Positions 53,238-64,000 of a DNA stretch of 64,000 nucleotides are shown one piece after another. The DNA comes from Auanema rhodensis (taxonomy: Eukaryota > Animalia > Nematoda), in NCBI GenBank assembly GCA_964057225.1, contig OZ059897.1, positions 21,824,001-21,888,000 of the forward strand, written 5' to 3'. The notes beneath the pieces were generated by a model that made no database searches, was not told the DNA's origin, and saw nothing but the letters and a program-made list of their open reading frames with translations. Made by a program: the position numbers and the translations under genes. Each line of letters starts with the position of its first letter. Position 1 is the stretch's first letter.

Positions 53238-53354
53238 GGTCTCGGAGGTTAACTAGGAAACTGTCTAGCTATAACATGCAGTGAGGCTAGCAGGCTAGTA
53301 ATATGGAAAAAAATATACATGAGCAAGATTTCAAGTTACATTAATCAGAGCAGG

Positions 53355-53643
53355 TTAAAAATCATTTAAAATAACAGATAGGTGTTTTCTGAAGCTGGAG
53401 GTGTTTCTCAGTTGAATGATGTTTTCAGGAAGAGCGTTCCAGATTTGAATAGCTCTGTATTCAATTCCAGTTCTAGTTTCGCTTCTCCAAAGATCAGGAT
53501 ATTCAACATTCCATAGATGCCTACGAAGTGAATGTGCGTAGTGCTTGATAGTAAAAAAATTAAGGCTGTTTTCTGGAATGTTTTTAGTTATCTGATTGTG
53601 ATAGAAGACGAGATCAATTAACAGTCTTCTAAAAGATAGAGAT
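53355..53643 (-). pseudogene. ORF2 (RT) C-terminal fragment, family B copy 2
   Basis: Translation identical to 49584-49872. Confidence 0.93.
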
Positions 53644-56600
53644 ACGTGATGTGCACTTGGTATGTAACCCGCTTCACGTGAAAGATAAAGAGATGCGGTT
53701 TTCAAAATTAGATTCCCCATGTCCATATTAGTCTAAAAACAAATTTTTATTGATATTGGTGCATGGTAACCATGACTTTGAAATTTACGTGAACTTTAAT
53801 TTATGCTAATTAAATGTACACGTGATGTGCACTTGGTATGTAACTCGCTTCACGTGAAAGATAAAGAGATGCGGTTTTCAAAATTAGATTCCCCATGTCC
53901 ATATTAGTCTAAAAACAAATTTTTATTGATATTGGTGCATGGTAACCATGACTTTAAAATTTACGTGAACTTTAATTTATGCTAATTAAATGTACACGTG
54001 ATGTGCACTTGGTATGTAACTCGCTTCACGTGAAAGATAAAGAGATGCGGTTTTCAAAATTAGATTCCCCATGTCCATATTAGTCTAAAAACAAATTTTT
54101 ATTGATATTGGTTCATGGTAACCATGACTTTGAAATTTACGTGAACTTTAATTTATGCTAATTAAATGTACACGTGATGTGCACTTGGTATGTAACTCGC
54201 TTCACGTGAAAGATAAAGAGATGCGGTTTTCAAAATTAGATTCCCCATGTCCATATTAGTCTAAAAACAAATTTTTATTGATATTGGTTCATGGTAACCA
54301 TGACTTTGAAATTTACGTGAACTTTAATTTATGCTAATTAAATGTACACGTGATGTGCACTTGGTATGTAACTCGCTTCACGTGAAAGATAAAGAGATGC
54401 GGTTTTCAAAATTAGATTCCCCATGTCCATATTAGTCTAAAAACAAATTTTTATTGATATTGGTGCATGGTAACCATGACTTTGAAATTTACGTGAACTT
54501 TAATTTATGCTAATTAAATGTACACGTGATGTGCACTTGGTATGTAACTCGCTTCACGTGAAAGATAAAGAGATGCGGTTTTCAAAATTAGATTCCCCAT
54601 GTCCATATTAGTCTAAAAACAAATTTTTATTGATATTGGTGCATGGTAACCATGACTTTGAAATTTACGTGAACTTTAATTTATGCTAATTAAATGTACA
54701 CGTGATGTGCACTTGGTATGTAACTCGCTTCACGTGAAAGATAAAGAGATGCGGTTTTCAAAATTAGATTCCGCATGTCCATATTAGTCTAAAAACAAAT
54801 TTTTATTGATATTGGTTCATGGTAACCATGACTTTGAAATTGACGTGAACTTTAATTTATGCTAATTAAATGTACACGTGATGTGCACTTGGTATGTAAC
54901 TCGCTTCAAGTGAAAGATAAAGAGATGCGGTTCTCAAAATTAGATTCCCCATGTCCATATTAGTCTAAAAACAAATTTTTATTGATATTGGTGCATGGTA
55001 ACCATGACTTTGAAATTTACGTGAACTTTGATTTATGCTAATTAAATGTACACGTGATGTGCACTTGGTATGTAACTCGCTTCACGTGAAAGATAAAGAG
55101 ATGCGGTTTTCAAAATTAGATTCCCCAAGTCCATATTAGTCTAAAAACAAATTTTTATTGATATTGGTTCATGGTAACCATGACTTTGAAATTTACGTGA
55201 ACTTTGATTTATGCTAATTAAATGTACACGTGATGTGCACTTGGTATGTAACTCGCTTCACGTGAAAGATAAAGAGATGCGGTTTTCAAAATTAGATTCC
55301 CCATGTCCATATTAGTCTAAAAACAAATTTTTATTGATATTGGTTCATGGTAACCATGACTTTGAAATTTACGTGAACTTTGATTTATGCTAATTAAATG
55401 TACACGTGATGTGCACTTGGTATGTAACTCGCTTCACGTGAAAGATAAAGAGATGCGGTTTTCAAAATTAGATTCCCCATGTCCATATTAGTCTAAAAAC
55501 AAATTTTTATCGATATTGGTTCATGGTAACCATGACTTTGAAATTTACGTGAACTTTAATTTATGCTAATTAAATGTACACGTGATGTGCACTTGGTATG
55601 TAACTCGCTTCACGTGAAAGATAAAGAGATGCGGTTTTCACAATTAGGTTCCCCATGTCCATATTAGTCTAAAAACAAATTTTTATTGATATTGGTGCAT
55701 GGTAACCATGACTTTGAAATTTACGTGAACTTTAATTTATGCTAATTAAATGTACACGTGATGTGCACTTGGTATGTAACTCGCTTCACGTGAAAGATAA
55801 AGAGATGCGGTTTTCAAAATTAGATTCCCCAAGTCCATATTAGTCTAAAAACAAATTTTTATTGATATTGGTTCATGGTAACCATGACTTTGAAATTTAC
55901 GTGAACTTTAATTTATGCTAATTAAATGTACACGTGATGTGCACTTGGTATGTAACTCGCTTCACGTGAAAGATAAAGAGATGCGGTTTTCAAAATTAGA
56001 TTCCCCATGTCCATATTAGTCTAAAAACAAATTTTTATTGATATTGGTTCATGGTAACCATGACTTTGAAATTTACGTGAACTTTGATTTATGCTAATTA
56101 AATGTACACGTGATGTGCACTTGGTATGTAACTCGCTTCACGTGAAAGATAAAGAGATGCGGTTTTCAAAATTAGATTCCCCATGTCCATATTAGTCTAA
56201 AAACAAATTTTTATTGATATTGGTGCATGGTAACCATGACTTTGAAATTTACGTGAACTTTGATTTATGCTAATTAAATGTACACGTGATGTGCACTTGG
56301 TATGTAACTCGCTTCACGTGAAAGATAAAGAGATGCGGTTTTCAAAATTAGATTCCCCATGTCCATATTAGTCTAAAAACAAATTTTTATTGATATTGGT
56401 GCATGGTAACCATGACTTTGAAATTTACGTGAACTTTGATTTATGCTAATTAAATGTACACGTGATGTGCACTTGGTATGTAACTCGCTTCACGTGAAAG
56501 ATAAAGAGATGCGGTTTTCAAAATTAGATTCCCCATGTCCATATTAGTCTAAAAACAAATTTTTATTGATATTGGTGCATGGTAACCATGACTTTGAAAT

Positions 56601-59600
56601 TTACGTGAACTTTAATTTATGCTAATTAAATGTACACGTGATGTGCACTTGGTATGTAACTCGCTTCACGTGAAAGATAAAGAGATGCGGTTTTCAAAAT
56701 TAGATTCCTCATGTCCATATTAGTCTAAAAACAAATTTTTATTGATATTGGTTCATGGTAACCATGACTTTGAAATTTACGTGAACTTTAATTTATGCTA
56801 ATTAAATGTACACGTGATGTGCACTTGGTATGTAACTCGTTTCACGTGAAAGATAAAGAGATGCGGTTTTCAAAATTAGATTCCCCATGTCCATATTAGT
56901 CTAAAAACAAATTTTTATTGATATTGGTTCATGGTAACCATGACTTTGAAATTTACGTGAACTTTAATTTATGCTAATTAAATGTACACGTGATGTGCAC
57001 TTGGTATGTAACTCGCTTCACGTGAAAGATAAAGAGATGCGGTTTTCAAAATTAGATTCCCCATGTCCATATTAGTCTAAAAACAAATTTTTATTGATAT
57101 TGGTGCATGGTAACCATGACTTTGAAATTTACGTGAACTTTAATTTATGCTAATTAAATGTACACGTGATGTGCACTTGGTATGTAACTCGCTTCACGTG
57201 AAAGATAAAGAGATGCGGTTCTCAAAATTAGATTCCGCATGTCCATATTAGTCTAAAAACATATTTTTTTATTGATATTGGTTCATGGTAACCATGACTT
57301 TGAAATTTACGTGAACTTTAATTTATGCTAATTAAATGTACACGTGATGTGCACTTGGTATGTAACTCGCTTCACGTATAAGATAAAGAGATGCGGTTTT
57401 CAAAATTAGATTCCCCATGTCCATATTGGTCTAAAAACAAATTTTTATTGATATTGGTGCATGGTAACCATGACTTTGAAATTTACGTGAACTTTAATTC
57501 ATGCTAATTAAATGTACACGTGATGTGCACTTGGTATGTAACTCGCTTCACGTGAAAGATAAAGAGATGCGGTTTTCAAAATTAGATTCCCCATGTCCAT
57601 ATTAGTCTAAAAACAAATTTTTATTGATATTGGTGCATGGTAACCATGACTTTGAAATTTACGTGAACTTTAATTTATGCTAATTAAATGTACACGTGAT
57701 GTGCACTTGGTATGTAACTCGCTTCACGTGAAAGATAAAGAGATGCGGTTTTCAAAATTAGATTCCCCATGTCCATATTAGTCTAAAAACAAATTTTTAT
57801 TGATATTGGTGCATGGTAACCATGACTTTGAAATTTACGTGAACTTTAATTTATGCTAATTAAATGTACACGTGATGTGCACTTGGTATGTAACTCGCTT
57901 CACGTGAAAGATAAAGAGATGCGGTTTTCAAAATTAGATTCCCCATGTCCATATTAGTCTAAAAACAAATTTTTATTGATATTGGTGCATGGTAACCATG
58001 ACTTTGAAATTTACGTGAACTTTAATTCATGCTAATTAAATGTACACGTGATGTGCACTTGGTATGTAACTCGCTTCACGTAAAAGATAAAGAGATGCGG
58101 TTTTCAAAATTAGATTCCCCATGTCCATATTAGTCTAAAAACAAATTTTTATTGATATTGGTGCATGGTAACCATGACTTTGAAATTTACGTGTACTTTA
58201 ATTTATGCTAATTAAATGTACACGTGATGTGCACTTGGTATGTAACTCGCTTCACGTGAAAGATAAAGAGATGCGGTTTTCAAAATTAGATTCCCCAAGT
58301 CCATATTAGTCTAAAAACAAATTTTTATTGATATTGGTTCATGGTAACCATGACTTTGAAATTTACGTGAACTTTAATTTATGCTAATTAAATGTACACG
58401 TGATGTGCACTTGGTATGTAACTCGCTTCACGTGAAAGATAAAGAGATGCGGTTTTCAAAATTAGATTCCCCATGTCCATATTAATCTAAAAACAAATTT
58501 TTATTGATATTGATTCATGGTAACCATGACTTTGAAATTTACGTGAACTTTGATTTATGCTAATTAAATGTACACGTGATGTGCACTTGGTATGTAACTC
58601 GCTTCACGTGAAAGATAAAGAGATGCGGTTTTCAAAATTAGATTCCCCATGTCCATATTAGTCTAAAAACAAATTTTTATTGATATTGGTGCATGGTAAC
58701 CATGACTTTGAAATTTACGTGAACTTTAATTTATGCTAATTAAATGTACACGTGATGTGCACTTGGTATGTAACTCGCTTCACGTGAAAGATAAAGAGAT
58801 GCGGTTTTCAAAATTAGATTCCCCATGTCCATATTAGTCTAAAAACAAATTTTTATTGATATTGGTTCATGGTAACCATGACTTTGAAATTTACGTGAAC
58901 TTTGATTTATGCTAATTAAATGTACACGTGATGTGCACTTGGTATGTAACTCGCTTCACGTGAAAGATAAAGAGATGCGGTTTTCAAAATTAGATTCCCC
59001 ATGTCCATATTAGTCTAAAAACAAATTTTTATTGATATTGGTGCATGGTAACCATAACTTTGAAATTTACGTGAACTTTAATTTATGCTAATTAAATGTA
59101 CACGTGATGTGCACTTGGTATGTAACTCGCTTCACGTGAAAGATAAAGAGATGCGGTTTTCAAAATTAGATTCCTCATGTCCATATTAGTCTAAAAACAA
59201 ATTTTTATTGATATTGGTTCATGGTAACCATGACTTTGAAATTTACGTGAACTTTAATTTATGCTAATTAAATGTACACGTGATGTGCACTTGGTATGTA
59301 AATCGCTTCACGTGAAAGATAAAGAGATGCGGTTTTCAAAATTAGATTCCACATCTCCATATTAGTCTAAAAACAAATTTTATTGATATTGGTGCATGGT
59401 AACCATGACTTTGAAATTTACGTGAACTTTAATTTATGCTAATTAAATGTACACGTGATGTGCACTTGGTATGTAACTCGCTTCACGTGAAAGATAAAGA
59501 GATGCGGTTTTCAAAATTAGATTCCCCATGTCCATATTAGTCTAAAAACAAATTTTTATTGATATTGGTGCATGGTAACCATGACTTTGAAATTTACGTG

Positions 59601-62600
59601 AACTTTAATTTATGCTAATTAAATGTACACGTGATGTGCACTTGGTATGTAACTCGCTTCACGTGAAAGATAAAGAGATGCGGTTTTCAAAATTAGATTC
59701 CCCAAGTCCATATTAGTCTAAAAACAAATTTTTATTGATATTGGTTCATGGTAACCATGACTTTGAAATTTACGTGAACTTTAATTTATGCTAATTAAAT
59801 GTACACGTGATGTGCACTTGGTATGTAACTCGCTTCACGTGAAAGATAAAGAGATGCGGTTTTCAAAATTAGATTCCCCATGTCCATATTAATCTAAAAA
59901 CAAATTTTTATTGATATTGATTCATGGTAACCATGACTTTGAAATTTACGTGAACTTTGATTTATGCTAATTAAATGTACACGTGATGTGCACTTGGTAT
60001 GTAACTCGCTTCACGTGAAAGATAAAGAGATGCGGTTTTCAAAATTAGATTCCCCATGTCCATATTAGTCTAAAAACAAATTTTTATTGATATTGGTGCA
60101 TGGTAACCATGACTTTGAAATTTACGTGAACTTTAATTTATGCTAATTAAATGTACACGTGATGTGCACTTGGTATGTAACTCGCTTCACGTGAAAGATA
60201 AAGAGATGCGGTTTTCAAAATTAGATTCCCCATGTCCATATTAGTCTAAAAACAAATTTTTATTGATATTGGTTCATGGTAACCATGACTTTGAAATTTA
60301 CGTGAACTTTGATTTATGCTAATTAAATGTACACGTGATGTGCACTTGGTATGTAACTCGCTTCACGTGAAAGATAAAGAGATGCGGTTTTCAAAATTAG
60401 ATTCCCCATGTCCATATTAGTCTAAAAACAAATTTTTATTGATATTGGTGCATGGTAACCATAACTTTGAAATTTACGTGAACTTTAATTTATGCTAATT
60501 AAATGTACACGTGATGTGCACTTGGTATGTAACTCGCTTCACGTGAAAGATAAAGAGATGCGGTTTTCAAAATTAGATTCCTCATGTCCATATTAGTCTA
60601 AAAACAAATTTTTATTGATATTGGTTCATGGTAACCATGACTTTGAAATTTACGTGAACTTTAATTTATGCTAATTAAATGTACACGTGATGTGCACTTG
60701 GTATGTAAATCGCTTCACGTGAAAGATAAAGAGATGCGGTTTTCAAAATTAGATTCCACATCTCCATATTAGTCTAAAAACAAATTTTATTGATATTGGT
60801 GCATGGTAACCATGACTTTGAAATTTACGTGAACTTTAATTTATGCTAATTAAATGTACACGTGATGTGCACTTGGTATGTAACTCGCTTCACGTGAAAG
60901 ATAAAGAGATGCGGTTTTCAAAATTAGATTCCCCATGTCCATATTAGTCTAAAAACAAATTTTTATTGATATTGGTGCATGGTAACCATGACTTTGAAAT
61001 TTACGTGAACTTTAATTTATGCTAATTAAATGTACACGTGATGTGCACTTGGTATGTAACTCGCTTCACGTGAAAGATAAAGAGATGCGGTTTTCAAAAT
61101 TAGATTCCCCATGTCCATATTAGTCTAAAAACAAATTTTTATTGATATTGGTGCATGGTAACCATGACTTTGAAATTTACGTGAACTTTAATTCATGCTA
61201 ATTAAATGTACACGTGATGTGCACTTGGTATGTAACTCGCTTCACGTAAAAGATAAAGAGATGCGGTTTTCAAAATTAGATTCCCCATGTCCATATTAGT
61301 CTAAAAACAAATTTTTATTGATATTGGTGCATGGTAACCATGACTTTGAAATTTACGTGTACTTTAATTTATGCTAATTAAATGTACACGTGATGTGCAC
61401 TTGGTATGTAACTCGCTTCACGTGAAAGATAAAGAGATGCGGTTTTCAAAATTAGATTCCCCAAGTCCATATTAGTCTAAAAACAAATTTTTATTGATAT
61501 TGGTTCATGGTAACCATGACTTTGAAATTTACGTGAACTTTAATTTATGCTAATTAAATGTACACGTGATGTGCACTTGGTATGTAACTCGCTTCACGTG
61601 AAAGATAAAGAGATGCGGTTTTCAAAATTAGATTCCCCATGTCCATATTAGTCTAAAAACAAATTTTTATTGATATTGGTTCATGGTAACCATGACTTTG
61701 AAATTTACGTGAACTTTAATTTATGCTAATTAAATGTACACGTGATGTGCACTTGGTATGTAAATCGCTTCACGTGAAAGATAAAGAGATGCGGTTTTCA
61801 AAATTAGATTCCACATCTCCATATTAGTCTAAAAACAAATTTTTATTGATATTGGTGCATGGTAACCATGACTTTGAAATTTACGTGAACTTTAATTTAT
61901 GCTAATTAAATGTACACGTGATGTGCACTTGGTATGTAACTCGCTTCATGTGAAAGATAAAGAGATGCGGTTTTCAAAATTAGGTTCCCCATGTCCATAT
62001 TAGTCTAAAAACAAATTTTTATTGATATTGGTTCATGGTAACCATGACTTTGAAATTTACGTGAACTTTAATTTATGCTAATTAAATGTACACGTGATGT
62101 GCACTTGGTATGTAACTCGCTTCACGTGAAAGATAAAGAGATGCGGTTTTCAAAATTAGATTCCCCATGTCCATATTAGTCTAAAAACAAATTTTTATTG
62201 ATATTGGTTCATGGTAACCATGACTTTGAAATTTACGTGAACTTTAATTTATGCTAATTAAATGTACACGTGATGTGCACTTGGTATGTAAATCGCTTCA
62301 CGTGAAAGATAAAGAGATGCGGTTTTCAAAATTAGATTCCACATCTCCATATTAGTCTAAAAACAAATTTTTATTGATATTGGTGCATGGTAACCATGAC
62401 TTTGAAATTTACGTGAACTTTAATTTATGCTAATTAAATGTACACGTGATGTGCACTTGGTATGTAACTCGCTTCATGTGAAAGATAAAGAGATGCGGTT
62501 TTCAAAATTAGGTTCCCCATGTCCATATTAGTCTAAAAACAAATTTTTATTGATATTGGTTCATGGTAACCATGACTTTGAAATTTACGTGAACTTTAAT

Positions 62601-64000
62601 TTATGCTAATTAAATGTACACGTGATGTGCACTTGGTATGTAACTCGCTTCACGTGAAAGATAAAGAGATGCGGTTTTCAAAATTAGATTCCCCATGTCC
62701 ATATTAGTCTAAAAACAAATTTTTATTGATATTGGTGCATGGTAACCATGACTTTGAAATTTACGTGAACTTTAATTCATGCTAATTAAATGTACACGTG
62801 ATGTGCACTTGGTATGTAACTCGCTTCACGTAAAAGATAAAGAGATGCGGTTTTCAAAATTAGATTCCCCATGTCCATATTAGTCTAAAAACAAATTTTT
62901 ATTGATATTGGTGCATGGTAACCATGACTTTGAAATTTACGTGTACTTTAATTTATGCTAATTAAATGTACACGTGATGTGCACTTGGTATGTAACTCGC
63001 TTCACGTGAAAGATAAAGAGATGCGGTTTTCAAAATTAGATTCCCCAAGTCCATATTAGTCTAAAAACAAATTTTTATTGATATTGGTTCATGGTAACCA
63101 TGACTTTGAAATTTACGTGAACTTTAATTTATGCTAATTAAATGTACACGTGATGTGCACTTGGTATGTAACTCGCTTCACGTGAAAGATAAAGAGATGC
63201 GGTTTTCAAAATTAGATTCCCCATGTCCATATTAGTCTAAAAACAAATTTTTATTGATATTGGTTCATGGTAACCATGACTTTGAAATTTACGTGAACTT
63301 TAATTTATGCTAATTAAATGTACACGTGATGTGCACTTGGTATGTAAATCGCTTCACGTGAAAGATAAAGAGATGCGGTTTTCAAAATTAGATTCCACAT
63401 CTCCATATTAGTCTAAAAACAAATTTTTATTGATATTGGTGCATGGTAACCATGACTTTGAAATTTACGTGTACTTTAATTTATGCTAATTAAATGTACA
63501 CGTGATGTGCACTTGGTATGTAACTCGCTTCACGTGAAAGATAGAGAGATGCGGTTTTCAAAATTAGATTCCCCAAGTCCATATTAGTCTAAAAACAAAT
63601 TTTTATTGATATTGGTTCATGGTAACCATGACTTTGAAATTTACGTGAACTTTAATTTATGCTAATTAAATGTACACGTGATGTGCACTTGGTATGTAAC
63701 TCGCTTCACGTGAAAGATAAAGAGATGCGGTTTTCAAAATTAGATTCCCCATGTCCATATTAGTCTAAAAACAAATTTTTATTGATATTGGTTCATGGTA
63801 ACCATGACTTTGAAATTTACGTGAACTTTAATTTATGCTAATTAAATGTACACGTGATGTGCACTTGGTATGTAAATCGCTTCACGTGAAAGATAAAGAG
63901 ATGCGGTTTTCAAAATTAGATTCCACATCTCCATATTAGTCTAAAAACAAATTTTTATTGATATTGGTGCATGGTAACCATGACTTTGAAATTTACGTGA
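53644..64000. repeat. 176-bp satellite, block 4 (~59 monomers, runs off the window)
   Basis: Same monomer. Includes rare indel monomers (+2 bp near 57261; -1 bp near 59380 and 60787) and a 1407-bp (8x176-1) duplication (ATTAATCTAA at 58481/59888). Confidence 0.99.

Larger units (their letters stand above)
52869..53643 (-). mobile_element. 5'-truncated CR1-like LINE, family B, copy 2 (apparently identical to copy 1)
   Basis: Same sequence and same 5' and 3' junctions as 49098-49872, at offset +3771. Confidence 0.95.

Noticed and set aside
49098-53643. The two 775-bp direct repeats as LTRs of an LTR element
   Set aside because: No TG..CA ends, PBS or PPT. They are RT C-terminus plus 3' UTR of a LINE, and the interior is pure satellite.
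52869-53643. Counting copy 2 as a third independent proof of site specificity
   Set aside because: It has the same truncation point and shares flanking variants with copy 1, so it derives from the same original insertion.
1-64000. CRISPR array or prokaryotic repeat locus
   Set aside because: Monomers are contiguous with no unique spacers, there are no cas genes, and the embedded element is a eukaryotic LINE.

Overview
Eukaryotic satellite DNA: about 330 head-to-tail copies of a highly homogeneous 176-bp, ~32% GC monomer with nested higher-order duplications. The array is interrupted three times by minus-strand non-LTR retrotransposon (LINE) sequence of the APE-endonuclease, CR1-like type. 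One insertion is a near full-length 4.58-kb element (family A, 3509-8084) with ORF1 and a frameshifted APE-RT ORF2. The other two are apparently identical 775-bp 5'-truncated copies of a diverged family B (49098-49872, 52869-53643; about 50% aa identity to family A over the RT C-terminus, counted by eye). Main finding: both families sit at exactly the same nucleotide of the monomer (...AAATGTACACGT^GATGTGCAC) in the same orientation, which points to a satellite-specific CR1-like lineage. Their otherwise diverged 3' UTRs share a ~145-nt four-way-junction RNA fold with compensatory base changes, plus a conserved 3'-terminal stem. The duplicated family-B block starts at the LINE 3' end and carries about 14 monomers with it, which raises the possibility of retrotransposon-driven satellite expansion. 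No host genes, RNA genes or CRISPR array are supported, and the host species cannot be determined from the sequence alone.
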